Assembly (NCBI GenBank): GCA_951406725.2 | Contig: OX597821.1 | Span: 42,408,001-42,472,000 of the forward strand | Origin: Octopus vulgaris | Taxonomy: Eukaryota | DNA length: 64,000 nt | Reading direction: 5' to 3' | Notes under the pieces: generated by a model | Databases searched by the model: none | Told to the model about the DNA's origin: nothing | Seen by the model: the letters and a program-made list of their open reading frames with translations, nothing else | Shown here: positions 38,851-52,592 of the stretch, one piece after another | Position numbering within the stretch: the first letter of the stretch is position 1 | How the letters are laid out: every line of letters starts with the position of its first letter | Program-made: the position numbers and the translations under genes

Positions 38851-41800
38851 ATTTAGAGAGGTTTCCCAGCACCCCCATCTTTTCAATTCAAGGTGGTGAA
38901 TTGTTTTGTTTTTTCTTTTTTATCATTTTACTTTTCCTCTTTTTTTGTTTGATTTTTTTCTATTGTGTTCTCTGTTTCGTCTAATTTTCTAATTTAATTT
39001 TGTAAAACGGTAAACATTGTTGTAGTGGATCTTGCATGCATGAAGTGGATTCGATCCACCACAGCCAAATTTAAATTAACACTGCAACACAACTGTTCCC
39101 ACGGTGGAACAATGGGTTTTCTCTGACAGCAGTTTTACATTTTCCAGATGCCTTTAGCTAGGCCGAAATAATGTCTTCACCACTTGACCCTTTATAACCT
39201 CTTCTACTTCACCAAAAGCTACAATAGTTAACAAGACCTATTGTTCTCAACGATATATCTATCCTTCTGGATCTTTATATAAGAAAGCACACCCCAAGCA
39301 AATATCAGTTCGTCACAGTCGTGACAACTTAACGGAGTTAGTATCTTGTCAACAACTGAACGAGGCAGCTCGTGACGATATCAATTAGGTTAAGGAAAGG
39401 ACTGCTAGAATCATGATCACAAGGGATACCTCTACAAAAGATAATGATCAACGAGAGAAATGAAAATTCCTACCAGCAACTCTGAGACAACACCCTACAA
39501 TTCTCTCTAGCTCTAATTCTGTTCTCTTACAACATCATTCTATCTCTCTGTGTGTTTACTACTAAACAATGAAGAGAACCCAAACTCAAACTTTACTTCG
39601 CATGCTTATGGATTTATCACAACCTGCCCGTATTGTAACGTAACGGTAAATAAATACTTTCTTAAAACTTCATGCATTGTTCATCTTTCACATCCTACAA
39701 CATGCAATAATAACAACAAATTACTATTGTCACACCGCTGCCTCCACCGACATTTCATAATATTGTCAACTAATTAATTCCAACCGTTACACTGTGAAGG
39801 CAATAAAAGTTAACTTCTTGTGTAATCATTAGTTTTCGTTCACAAAACGAAAAGGCGACCAATCTATTATTAAAAGTGTAGATTGTTAATAGAAAATTTC
39901 GTTAAATCTTAATACGGCGATACTTCGAAACAAACATGTCAGTTGTTGTTCCTAGAATTTTTAATTCAATTCAAAAAATCGAAGTTACAGTTTTTTTTTT
40001 TTTTACTTTGTTTTTAATCATTAGCTAATTAAGTTACTCTTTCGAAGATTTGAAACCAAAATTATCTTTGATTTGTTAATTTATGTGCCTAAATGTTTCC
40101 CGCTAGAACTCAATTTCCAGGAATTCAGTGGCGAACTTTTCTTAAATTCTTCAGACAAAAACATTATGCATTTACAGTACAATTAACTGGAAAAACCCGT
40201 GTTGTTCCTAGAATTATTAATTCATCCCCGACACTAGTTCATTTAGAGACGATGACATGTCATCAATGATGTCGAAATAAGCAGTCAAGCAAAATATAAA
40301 CCTGACCCAAACCGTTCGTGCACAATCGGCAATAGTTAATGTTAAAGCTCTGACTAAATCAAACCAATATCAACCGCTCGAAAAGTGACAAGTAGTTGTG
40401 GTAAGCCTTCTCATCGTTATTTCTCTGGTTTCTTAAATTCAGATATAGTTATTCGAGTGCAGATATTTATTAAACAATCTTAATACATTTTTAATAATTA
40501 CCCTTCAGAAAAAATACACAGTAATTTTTTTTTTAAAAAGCTTGATTTTGGTGTATACACATAACACTGCTTTGTTTTTGTTACGCTGAAGTAACCCCTG
40601 AATGGATCCACTTCACAAACATTCTCCCCTTCAACTTTTCAGTTACCCCTTTCCAAATTATTCTCAATTTTTGTTTTTATGTATCCACCATCAACGTTAG
40701 AGTTCATAAAATTCTTCCCAGAAGCAATCAAAGTATTATTGTCAGCTCTGATCCAGCAGACCTCTGATGAAAGATAACTGTAAACCATCCCGTCTTATAT
40801 AATGAATATATGTTTATATGCTCCAAGTTCTAGACCACAGTTTTGCACCATGCTTATAGAAATTTTGTGTATGGGTTGTATTTTCACGAAGGTCACAAGT
40901 TACGTGACTTTTCCAGATATTTCGCTTAATACTGGAGACAAGGCCAGATATTGCTACTAGCATGTGCGAATCTGTGGTTGTTGAGGGACGATATACACGT
41001 TCGTCGACGAGCATTGTATTTTCGTAAACTGAAGTTCAGTTCTTTTAACTCCTCGTAAAATAAAAATTTGCTAGTTGAAATAATATACGATTTGTTTAAT
41101 AATTTAGCAAACAACTATTCACATGCTTTTAATTAAGTGTTGCAGGCCTTTTATTTCAGTCATTTCTATATTCGTTTTTACGGATATATTTTGATTTATA
41201 ACTCTATTTTGGTTGGACAGAACTGACATTAGTTGATGTGACTTAATTATTGTTGAGAAAGGTCAATAAACAATCTACAATAAAACACGGCTCAAAAAAA
41301 AAAAAAACCCGGCGTAACTTCGGTATACGTAACGAAAGTACCGGATACATTTCAAGACATAAAAACCACTCCTTTCGTTATACACTGCAACTGGAAATAC
41401 TGGTATTTCCCTCCCAAAACACGAGCAGTTTAAGCATCTCTACAAGAAACTGGAACAGCTAAGAGCCCTCTCTAGCATCAGATACTTTAGTAAAGTGAGA
41501 CATCAACGATGACAATTTTCTTTTTAAATGAAATTTTGCAGAAATGCTTTTTCGTAAGTGTAGATTACGAAACATCGATGTTTCAAACATATAGTCTTGA
41601 AAAAGAAAAAGAAAAATGCTGAAGTTACGGAAATTGATGGTAACAAAGTAACGAAGGTGTAGAATGATCCTAATTTCCTCCAGCTTGTTATTTTCCTAAA
41701 TTTTTCAGAAAAATCATAATCCACGCCCTCTAAAATATGTCTGTAAAATCTATTAAAAAATACTTTTTCAGAAAGTTATGAAGAAACAAGACCAGAGGTG

Positions 41801-42072
41801 GGGCACCAAACTGTAGTTATGCCAAGAGAATTTAAATTGACATATAATGAACTCATTGTATATAGTGTTCAGGTGCACTACAATTCATTAGAAAAAGTTG
41901 CCTATAGTTCATGAACAGTACATAGAATAATGCACTGGAGATGAACAGTGAATGAGGCATTTAGTGAAAGATAGTTTTCATGGTGGTGCTCCAGCATGAC
42001 CACAACCACCTGGCTGAAACACAAAAGAATTTAAAAAGTCTTGTGGTTGTCTACCAGATTAGTTATCAGATG

Positions 42073-42400
42073 TCAGAGCTTTAGTGTGTCCATGCCAAGG
42101 GAAGCAAGACGCTCAGAGTATGGTAGATCCTTGACAGCGGGTATTTGTCTGGTTGCACATTTCTGGACAGTTTCCTTGAGATTGATTTGCTGAGCAAGAT
42201 AGGGGTCCCACATTGGTGATGCGAACTCTAAAGTGTAGACACACCATAACCATAAATACAGCTTTAAATAGATAGCAGGAGAGTGGCTAACAAAGGTCTT
42301 ACTGAGTGATGCTAAGACACCCTCGGCCTTCTTGACAATTTTAGAGATGTGGTTTGTCCAATGCAGATCGCTACTGACAATAATGCCCAGGTCTTCAAAG
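42073..42400 (-). mobile_element. CR1/Jockey-group LINE RT C-terminal fragment
   Basis: DLGIIVSSDLHWTNHISKIVKKA...LEFASPMWDPY...KETVQKCATRQIP..KDLPYSERLASL. Confidence 0.8.
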
Positions 42401-42993
42401 AAACTCAACAATTTTGCTATTTAACTTGAATAATAAGAATACATCATTATAGTAGTGGAATCAATTTTAGGAAGTACTCCGAAGATCACTTTGTGCTATC
42501 TCACCTGACTTGGAATTCAAAGTGTTTTTGTTTAAATCCTGTTATGCTTCCATAAATAAAGAAGTCTTTCTATGGTCACAGCTTTTTTCCTCAAATAATA
42601 ATAATTGTGTACAGTGCCAGATTTTGGAATTCTCTTCCATCTCATTGTTTTTCCTCTTCTTATTATCAAACTCTTTCATCTAAATTTCTCCTTCTTCATA
42701 GTCCCTTACATCAAGTGGCATTTTTGCCTTGTTTGGGATCTTAATTTAAAAAAGAATTATAACAACAAATTTGCATACTTTGTAGTAGAAACCAACATCA
42801 ATATTGCATTACTGTAATATTAGTAACTCTAGAAGACTCAGAATATATTAGGTATTTAGGTACTCATTTTGTATTAGAGTTTTCAAATAGTTGATACATT
42901 AGCCTAATAGAGGAATACTTAATACATAAGGACCCTAATATGTACCATCTAATGTTTGGGGACTCCTAATATTGGATGAGTACCTAATATTTG

Positions 42994-43338
42994 TGAAGGC
43001 GCGTGGCTCAGTGGTTAGAGCGTCGAGTTTACGATCGTGAGGTTGTGAGCTCGAATTCCAGACCAGGCTGCATGTTGTGTTCTTGAGCAAGACACTTTAT
43101 TTCACGTTGCTCCAGTTCACTCATCTGTAGAAATGAGTTGCGACGTCACAGGTGCCAAGCTGTATCGGCCCTTGCCTTTCCCTTGGACAACATCGGTGAC
43201 GTGGAGAAGGGAGGCCGGTATGCATGGGCGACTGCTGGTCTTCCATAAAAACAACCTTGCCCAGACTTGTGCCTCAGAGGGTAACTCTCTAGGTGCAAAC
43301 CCATGGTCAGTGTCTGACCGAAGGGGGTCACCATCACC
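42994..43338 (+). mobile_element. tRNA-derived SINE with a 12-bp TSD (left palindrome arm)
   Basis: Head GGCGCGTGGCTCAGTGGTTAGAGCG...GAGCTCGAATTCC; core GTGTTCTTGAGCAAGACACTT; [15 protein letters not shown] at 42982-42993 and 43339-43350. Confidence 0.85.
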
Positions 43339-43764
43339 ACCTAATATTTGGGGAAATTAATAAAAGATGAGTACCTAATATTTAAGGGCTCTAAAACTAG
43401 ATGAGTATTTGATGCCCTTAATACTACACGAGTAACTAATCCTAGTTGAGTACCCGATAGTAAAATTACCATGTACTAAATGAGTACATAATATTTAAGG
43501 GTCATAATACTAAATGAGTATCTAACATTAGGGTCCTCTACTCGTAGGTACTTATCTAATATTAGAGTCCTCAAATGTTAGATACTCATTTAGTATTATG
43601 ACCCTTAAATATTATGTACTCATTTAGTACATGGTAATTTTACTATCGGGTACTCAACTAGGATTAGTTACTCGTGTAGTATTAAGGGCATCAAATACTC
43701 ATCTAGTTTTAGAGCCCTTAAATATTAGGTACTCATCTTTTATTAATTTCCCCAAATATTAGGT

Positions 43765-44109
43765 GGTGATGGTGACCCCCTTCGGTCAGACACTGACCAT
43801 GGGTTTGCACCTAGAGAGTTACCCTCTGAGGCACAAGTCTGGGCAAGGTTGTTTTTATGGAAGACCAGCAGTCGCCCATGCATACCGGCCTCCCCTCTCC
43901 ACGTCACCGATGTTTTCCAAGGGAAAGGCAAGGGCCGATACAGCTTGGCACCTGTGACGTCGCAACTCATTTCTACAGCTGAGTGAACTGGAGCAACGTG
44001 AAATAAAGTGTCTTGCTCAAGAACACAACATGCAGCCCGGTCCGGAATTCGAGCTCACAACCTCACGATCGTAAACTCGACGCTCTAACCACTGAGCCAC
44101 GCGCCTTCA
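43765..44109 (-). mobile_element. Mirror copy of the same SINE (right palindrome arm)
   Basis: Reverse complement of 42994-43338, including the TSDs. Confidence 0.85.
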
Positions 44110-46989
44110 CAAATATTAGGTACTCATCCAATATTAGGAGTCCCCAAACATTAGATGGTACATATTAGGGTCCTTATGTATTAAGTATTCCTCTATTAGG
44201 CTAATTGCAGCTAAATTAAAACAGAATTACATAAATGTCCTTTAGGCAGATTTTATGTAAATAAAATAGATCTAATTGTTAATTAGGAAAGAATGTATTT
44301 GTGGTGTGTAAACAACCACTCTACCAAGTCACAATTTATGTAGCATGAATTTACACAATTTTGCATATTTTAAACTGAATAAATAAAGAATATTTTAAGT
44401 TGCATTTATGAACAATGTTTTATGAATTTTTCCAAGCTAACAATTAAGAATTTTTTATTTACATAAAGTTCAATTGAAGAGAAATTTCTAAATTTCTCAT
44501 CAGATTTAAGCAATTTTGATAAAAATGATATGACTGCATTTAGCCCCAACAACTGCCCTAATAGTAGATGAGTGCCTAGTATTTTTTTCAAACTGTCAGA
44601 TCACAAATTTAGAGGAAGGGAACTGTTGATTAAATTGACCTACTACTTGTACTTGCATGGATGTTTAGACATGAAAACTAAACTGTTCCTTTAGACTACT
44701 AGCCCCACTTTACCATAAACTTACAAGCACAGATGCTTGACTGGATATTATCATATAAAACTAACACTCCATTGGTTACGAGGATGAGGGTTCCAGTTGA
44801 TCTGATCAACAGAAGAGCCAGCTCATGAAATTAATATGCAAGTGGCTGAGTACTCCACAGACATGCATACCCTTAACATAGTTCTCAGGTAGATTCAGTG
44901 TGACACAAAATGTGATAAATATGGACCTTTGAAATACAGGGACTACTAATTTTTTTGACAGCTGAGTGGAATGGTGCAATGTGAAATAAAGTGTCTTGTT
45001 CCAGGACACAAGGCACTGCTGGGAATCAGACACACAACCTTACAATCGTGAACTGAACTAACCACTAAACCACAAGCCTTCTTATATTATCATATATAGT
45101 ATAATTATTCACATTGACAATTATCATTAGTGAATGTTACTACCAAAATACAATTAAGTTGTTCAGCAGGGATTTTGGCTTTCAAACTTAAACATTCCCT
45201 GTTAAAATTTCAAGGAAGGTTATCTCTCATACAATGTTTCAAGTCACAGTGAAACCCACAATTACGATTAAAATGATTGCCAAAAAATATTTTTTCCATT
45301 AGAATTTGTCTCAAAGCAGTGGCCATTTTTCATGCTTAACTGCTCATATTTCGTGTAATATGGGTTTCAGATTTTGGCACAAGGCCAGCAATTTCAGGGG
45401 TGGGGTAAGTCTATTACATTGTCTCCAGTGCTCAACTGGTACTTACTTTATTGACTCCAAAAGGATGAAAGGCAAAGTCGACCTCAGTGGCATTTGAACT
45501 CAGAAAGTAAAGACAGATGAAATACTGCCAAGCATTTTGCTTGGCATGGTAATGATTCTGACACCTTGTCACATTATATTTAAATTAATATTTAAAAGTA
45601 GTCAATTATATGACAAGTAACAAATTTTTGTCATCATTAAACTGGTGTCTAGAACATAAAGATTTTACAGAAAATTATGACAAGAAGCTTTAACACAAAT
45701 ATGAAAAATTTTAAATGGAATCTTCATATCATGAAACTGGAGGTGTTCTCTGAAAGGTCAAAAGATTTAAGTTGTTAATTTTGATATTAAGATATGAAAA
45801 GGTGGCGAGTTGGCAGCGTCACCAGCATGCTGGGCAAAATACTTAGCGGCATTTTGTTTGTCTTTATAGTCTGAGTTCAAATTCCACCAAGGTCATCTTT
45901 GCTTTTCGTTCTTTTTAGGTTGGTAAAATAAATACCGATGTAGCACTGGGGGGGTCAATGTAACCGACCATCCCCTTCCCCCAAAATTTCATACCTTGTG
46001 CCTATTGTAGAAAGGATGTAAGGATATGTAAAAAAAAAAAAGGAGGAAAGAAAAACCCTGCTCTAATCAGAAATGGTTGTATGGTCAAGAAGTTTGCATC
46101 CCAAACATGTGGTTTTGGATCCATTCTGTTGCATGGCAGCTTAGGCAGATATCTGTTATAACCCTGAGTCAACCAAAGCTTTATGAGTGGATTTTGTAGA
46201 CAGGAACTTAAAGAATCCTGCTGTGTGTGTGTGTGTGTGTATCTCTTTATGTATATATGTGTGTGTTTGTGTATGTTCATGTTTCTTTGTCTTGACTTCA
46301 TGCAAAAACTGTAAATAAGTTTCACTGTCATATAAGTCCTTTGTCTCCAATCTTCCATTAAAACATGTCCTTCCATTGTTCCTTGCATGGGAACAGGTGA
46401 GGGTTGGTGACAGGAAAGGCTGCAAAAAAACTATGTCTAACCCATGCTTGTATAGAAAAGTGGACATATGATGATGATTGTAGTACCTGGTTTTCAGTAC
46501 ATTTTTAGGTTTGATGTCAGAAACTAAAATACTCTCTCTCCCCCTCTCTCTCTCTTGCACACACACATGCATGCATGCACGAACGCACGTACATGTATAT
46601 CTTTCAATAAACATTATCGACCGCTTATATGCAATGTATGTGTTTTGCTGGTTTGCTTTGGCGATGACTCCTTCATAGCACTGGCTGTTAAAATACCTGA
46701 AAGTCATAGAACAAGTAAGACAACTCACCCCCAGTCTCATTCGAGAGTAATGAATATCAATATCTTGCCATCTTTGTTGCTTATCTACATCACAAACCTG
46801 AATCAAACTGAATCACTGGACGATGACTATATAATCAAATAGTGTAAGAACCATTTCCTGGTATACCACGACGATGCATACGGAAGATTAAATTCAATTA
46901 TGAATTAAAAGCAGCACTAGTGTTGTAAGCATTATTGGCTGCACATACTCCATGTATATCTTTCAATGTTTATATTACATGATTATAAC

Positions 46990-47851
46990 TTTGAAGCCAG
47001 TATGATCCGATGGATGTGTAATGTCAGTGTGCATGCACAACAGAGTGTAAGTACCTTGAGAGAAAAGTTGAACCTAAGAAGCATCAGATGTAGTGTGCAA
47101 GAGAGACAACTGCGCTGGTATGGACATGTGGCGAGAATGGATGAGGATAGCTGTGTGAAAAAGTGCCACACCCTAGTGGTTGAGGGAACCTGTGGAAGAG
47201 GTAGACCCAGGAAGACCTGGGATGAAGTGGTGAAGCACGACCTTCGAACATTAGGCCTCACTGAGGCAATGACTAGTGACCGAGACTTTTGAAAATATGT
47301 TGTGCTTGAGAAGACTCGGCAAGCCAAATGAGACCATAACCTTGCGGCCTATGCCAGGGGTGTAACTAGCCCACTTATGCGTACCTTTCCTTCATTGGAT
47401 ACTGCTTGTGAAGACCTGTTGAGCCAAGTGAAATTGAAATCAAATTCAATGACTGGCATCCATGCTAGTGGAGCACTAAGAGCGTGATCGTTGCCAGAGC
47501 GGCAAACTGGCGTCCGTGCCGGTGGCATGTAAAAAGCACCATTTGAGCATGATTGTTACCAGCGTTGCCTTACTGGCACTTGTACCGGTGTGCAGGTGGC
47601 ACGTAAAAAAAACACCATTTGGGTGTGGCCATTGCCAGTACCACCTGACTGGCCCCCGTGCCAATGGCACGTAAAAGTACCCACTACACTCTCGGAGTGG
47701 TTGACATTAGGAAGGGCATCAAGCTGTTGAAACTCTGCCAGATCAAGATTGGAGCCTAGTGCAGCCATCTGGTTCACCAGTCCTCAGTCAAATCATCCAA
47801 CCCATGCTAGCATGGAAAGTGGACGTTAAACGGTGATGATGATGATGATGA
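46990..47851 (+). mobile_element. 5'-truncated RTE LINE 3' end with tail
   Basis: EASMIRWMCNVS...[21 protein letters not shown], then 3' UTR and (GAT)n. Confidence 0.9.
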
Positions 47852-48389
47852 TTATTCAGTTTACTTTCCCATCAAGTTGCCTCTGGATGTTTTTATTCCC
47901 CTACTGGGAATTTTGTTAAGATTTTTTTTTGCAAATTATTTGTGGTTTTATTGTTTACATGTTTGTGTGTAAATCTCCAGTCCTTTATCTTCGTATTGTC
48001 CTGTACGGTTTGCTGCCCATGTAGCCAATAAAAATTATTATTATTATTTGATGAAAACTCAGAACTTATTTTTCTGGGCATGATGGAAAGTGTCACCTGT
48101 CTACAGCCAGCAGACTAAGGTGACACTTGTTTACTGGTCATGCTTCAAGAATCCTGTGAAGAATTCTTGCAGTTCCAAGCAATGCTGATTTTTGTAGGTG
48201 TTCTACCTTTACATTTGTACTGATCTTTCTGAGCCGTGCTGGTAGTTGAGTGTTGATACTTCCAAGTGAACCAATTATTATTTGTACCATGTCTACTCTC
48301 CTCATTGACCACAACCTTCATATTTCCCACTTCAAATCATCATAGTTATTCAGATTTTCTTCTTTCTCTTTGATCCTGTTGTTACCAGA

Positions 48390-48426
<37 letters not shown>

Positions 48427-48766
48427 TATTGTTATTCACTGGTCTTATTTTTATAACGTGCTTTCACTGCACTACTGAGCACAGCTCTGTGTGCCTTGAG
48501 TATGTGCTGTGGTTTATTGTGGTGCTCTTATTTCACTGTATTGAAAGTGCCTTACATAGGATGTGTGCGGTGCAGAGTAGTGCTATTTTCTGTATGTTGT
48601 TTTTGTTGTTGTTGTTGTTATTATCATCATCATGGATTAACTGTAACCAAATTTGTAATTTCTTTTCTAGAAACTGTCAACGTCATCCTTTACTGAGCAG
48701 GCAGAGATGATATTGAGGTGTAATTTCACTAGATCTTTGCCACTATTGCATTCCCATGTCAGGTAT

Positions 48767-48814
<48 letters not shown>

Positions 48815-51199
48815 TTGCATATGTGTATATGCATTGGGTGAGCCGTTATTCTAGTTTTTATTTCTTTTCCTCTTTGGAACTATTCCTTTCATGAGTATAT
48901 AGATATTAATTTTACTACACTGCATATGATGTCATCATCACTACTAACTGCAGTGGTATTTCATTTATATTCTTATATTCAAACATTTAAAGTGTGTCAC
49001 CTTAATTTGAAAATTATTATAATTGAGAGGGCTCTTCATAATAATGTGCTCCTTTGGGGAGATGGTTCATCGGAGATGTTGCCAACGCAACATCTTTTTC
49101 TCACAGACTTTTTAAAAAATACTTAAGGCCTCTATGTTGAATGAAGTTATTATTGCTTTAAGGAGCTACACTTTTCAATCTTTATCACTAGTTCTTTGAA
49201 TTTGCCAGTTTCTCAACTTCTTTTAATGATATATTTTATTTGATAATATTACTCGTATCATTTAATTTGCAGGTCTTTGTGTTTTTGATGGTACCTGGTC
49301 TATTTGCTTGAATTAATCTGGTGTGTGTTGACTAAGAAAATCCCGAATGCTGTTATATTAACTTCTATTACTGGCTCTGGTTGGTCTTGGTGTTTATACA
49401 TGTTGGTGACTGTTTTTATTTTGTAGTGGTTGAATAGCTTTCAGTGTAAGTAATGACCCACTCTCTCATGGCAATTCTTATATTCATTTGGTATCAGTAC
49501 TGACAGCATGAAATAAGATAGTCAGTTGTTTATTATTTATTATTATTATTCATCACTAATCACAAATTTCTGCTTTCCATTTATAGTAATTGTATTATAT
49601 TTAATAATTCTCTGACACTTTCTTCCCTTATTTGACCCTTTCTTCTAACTCTCTACTAGATACCTTCTTTTCTCCCTCTCTCTCAAATATTCATTCATTA
49701 ATGAATAATACTGCATGCATAAGACATGTTTCATGTTTATTCATGTTCTGTCTCTTGAATTGCATGTGAGTGCTGAGTTGGGTATTGACTGTTTTTGGTG
49801 ACAAGGTACAGTGAAAGAAGGTATCATGGATTTGAAAATTTGGAAGGAAATTCAAATAAGCAAATTATCATTATTATTATTATCATTATTAGAGCGGCGA
49901 GCTTGTGGTATTTCATCCATCTTCGCATTCTGAGTTCAAATTTCGCTGAGGTCAACTTTGCCTTTCATCCAGTCAAGGTCAATTAAATAAGTACCAGTTA
50001 CACACTGGGGTCGATTTAATCAACTTAATCCCTTCCCCCAAATTTGAGGCCTTGTGCTTCCAGTAGAAAGGATTATTATTATCATTATTATTATTATCAA
50101 TCACTGAAACCATGAGCTTCTTTTAATGTCTAGGCATATTTTATTTCATAATACCCTTGCAGCAGTATCTGCATTTTGTTAAACACTGTTTGGTACTCTA
50201 TGGTGTGGGGGCTCCATACTTTCATACCCATCCCTATCATGACAAATATAACCAACTATCAACCCACCAGTCTAACTTGAGTTCTTCCTTTTCCCCTCTA
50301 CTGTAATCCCTCGACTATCATGGATGTTAAGTTCCCACATAAATAATTAAAATCTAAAGAGGTATAAATACCTATTGGGCACAGAAACCCAGATATACTG
50401 AGGAGTCCGTGATATAAATTTACATATATTAGCCAGAAAAATCCACGATGTACTGAGTGCACAATAGGTGAACTGCAATATGGTGAGGAGTTACTGTATT
50501 TGTAAAAATTCATCTGCCCATAATTCCCCTTTTTCCTGCTTTCACACTGTGAGCTCTTTTAGGAGATCAGTAACTCTAAAGGAAAAAAAAACAAACTGAC
50601 ACAGTGTATAGAAGGCATTTCAGTCTTGACAGACAATTTCACTGATGCTGGTGGCATTATAAAATGCACCCAGCCAATGCTATGAAGTAATTGGTGATAA
50701 GAGCATCCAGCTAATGAAACCACAGCAGTTACAAATGCAATGAAATCCCTAAACGTGTATACAGAACTAACACTTAACATGTTAGTACTGTACATGATAA
50801 TATAGTGGTCAGGTAGGAATATCTGGTCGTGTGTGAGAACCTCTTGACTGTCATTAGATAATCCCACAAACTCTCATCTTTTCAAACATTACACAACTGA
50901 CTCACCACTAGAAATTTATCCCTGTTTGCCTTGCTTTCTTTTTGTCTTGCTCTCTTTCTATCTTACTTTCTTTGTGTCATTCATCTTTGACATGTGCGTC
51001 AATCCTCATCTCTGTATCAATTTGTTTCATTCACTTGCACCATCAATCAACATACGGACATTCCAAATACTCTTGTTCTTTGTCTAAATCTAATCTCTGC
51101 CAAACTGTAACTGTTTCTGCATCTATCAGGTCATCTGACCATTGTCTTATTGCAACAATCTTTCACACATCCACCCTTGTAATATATTGGGTTAAACCC

Positions 51200-51407
51200 C
51201 ACTAGGGGCTGGCAGAAACATTAGCACGCTGGATGAAATGCGTAACCGTATTTCATCTGCCGTTACGTTCTGAGTTCAAATTCTGTCGAGGTCAACTTTG
51301 CCTTTCATCCTTTCGGGGTCGATAAATTAAGTACCAGTTATGCACTGGGGTCGATGTAATCGACTTAATCCGTTTGTGCTTGTTTGGCCCCTTGTGGGTA
51401 GTAAAGA
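51200..51407 (+). mobile_element. tRNA-SINE of a second family (Nin-like domain) with a 19-bp TSD
   Basis: B box GAGTTCAAATT; GCCTTTCATCCTTTCGGGGTCGATAAATTAAGTACC core; TSD AATATATTGGGTTAAACCC at 51181-51199 and 51408-51426; many decayed copies (e.g. 10090-10300, 45800-46020, 49890-50075). Confidence 0.8.
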
Positions 51408-52171
51408 AATATATTGGGTTAAACCCTCCTTGGATGGAAAAAAAATAAATAAATAAAGCAAAGATAGCTTGTGGAATTTGAACAAAGCATCTTGATGAAA
51501 GACTAACATATAGTCTGCTGCAATTAGTTAGCACATCTATTATGGGTATAGAAGATGTACAGTTTGATTACTGCGAGTATGCTTTGGTCTTTTTACTAGC
51601 CAAGGTTTTTTTATCAGCATATTACATGGGACTATTTTTAGCTGTATCAACTGTGAGATTCACTGTTAAATAATTTATTTGCATGTTTCTCTTTGCCTTC
51701 AGCACCACACACACACACACATGCGCATGCACACACACACTCACTCCTGTAATCATAATTGTGTGTGTGTGTGTGTGTGTAATTGTCAGATAATTGCTGT
51801 AGTAAATTTGCCTTTCACTGTCAATTAACATTAAGTATAATACATGGATGGTTATTTTAATCTAATACTGCTTATGTTGCATATAACACATTTTTATTCT
51901 GCTGGGCCACTATTCACAGCACCATTCACTGTTTTGGAGATACATTTTGTGTAAACATGCTGTTGGCTGTGAGTATATACTATTGACAATGCTCAAGAAG
52001 GCATTTGGTATTCTCACCAGCTGCTGCTGCTGGGATGATTTTCTTCTCCTTCCAATGTTTATTGTGTTTTTAAGTGCATCACATTCATAAAAGTTATTAT
52101 TTTTAGATGAATACCACAATTCATTTACCTTTTATGATGTATTTACATTAGGTATGATATATAGATGTGTA

Positions 52172-52202
<31 letters not shown>

Positions 52203-52204
52203 CG

Positions 52205-52473
52205 CCTGGCCCCGTGCCGGTGACACGTAAAAGCACCATCCGTTCGTGGCCGTTCGCCAGCTCTGTCTGGCACCTGTGCAGGTGGCACGTAAAAACACCC
52301 ACTACACTCGCGGAGTGGTTGGCGTTAGGAAGGGCATCCAGCTGTAGAAACACTGCCAGATCTGACTGGGCCTGACGAAGCCTTCCAGCTTCACAGACCC
52401 CAGTTGACCCGTCCAACCCATGCTAGCATGGAAAACGGACGCTAAACGATGATGATGATGATGATGATGATGA
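52205..52473 (+). mobile_element. RTE 3' tail fragment
   Basis: Same terminal motif and (GAT)n tail as the 17700-17914 segment. Confidence 0.85.
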
Positions 52474-52536
52474 TATATCATTCATTTTTTCATTTCATTT
52501 TTTCATTTTTTTTTTCATTTCATCATTTAACGTCCG

Positions 52537-52592
<56 letters not shown>

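Larger units (their letters stand above)
42898..44205. repeat. Long near-perfect palindrome: 632-bp arms (42898-43529, 43574-44205), 44-bp spacer
   Basis: Arms are reverse complements with 5 mismatches found by eye; mirrored ORFs in the ORF track. Confidence 0.95.

Noticed and set aside
39018-39702. Solo LTR (TGTTGTAG...CTACAACA, AATAAA near the end)
   Set aside because: No target-site duplication and no second copy in the window; plausible but unsupported
40580-40790. Minus-strand exon-like stretch (IKTKIENNLE...KVEGENVCEVDP)
   Set aside because: In-frame stop and no linked exons identified
42994-43070. tRNA gene
   Set aside because: tRNA-like head of a SINE that continues into a SINE core and tail with a TSD; no proper acceptor stem
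43133-43970. Paired 75-aa and 64-aa ORFs on both strands
   Set aside because: Chance ORFs in a SINE, duplicated by the palindrome
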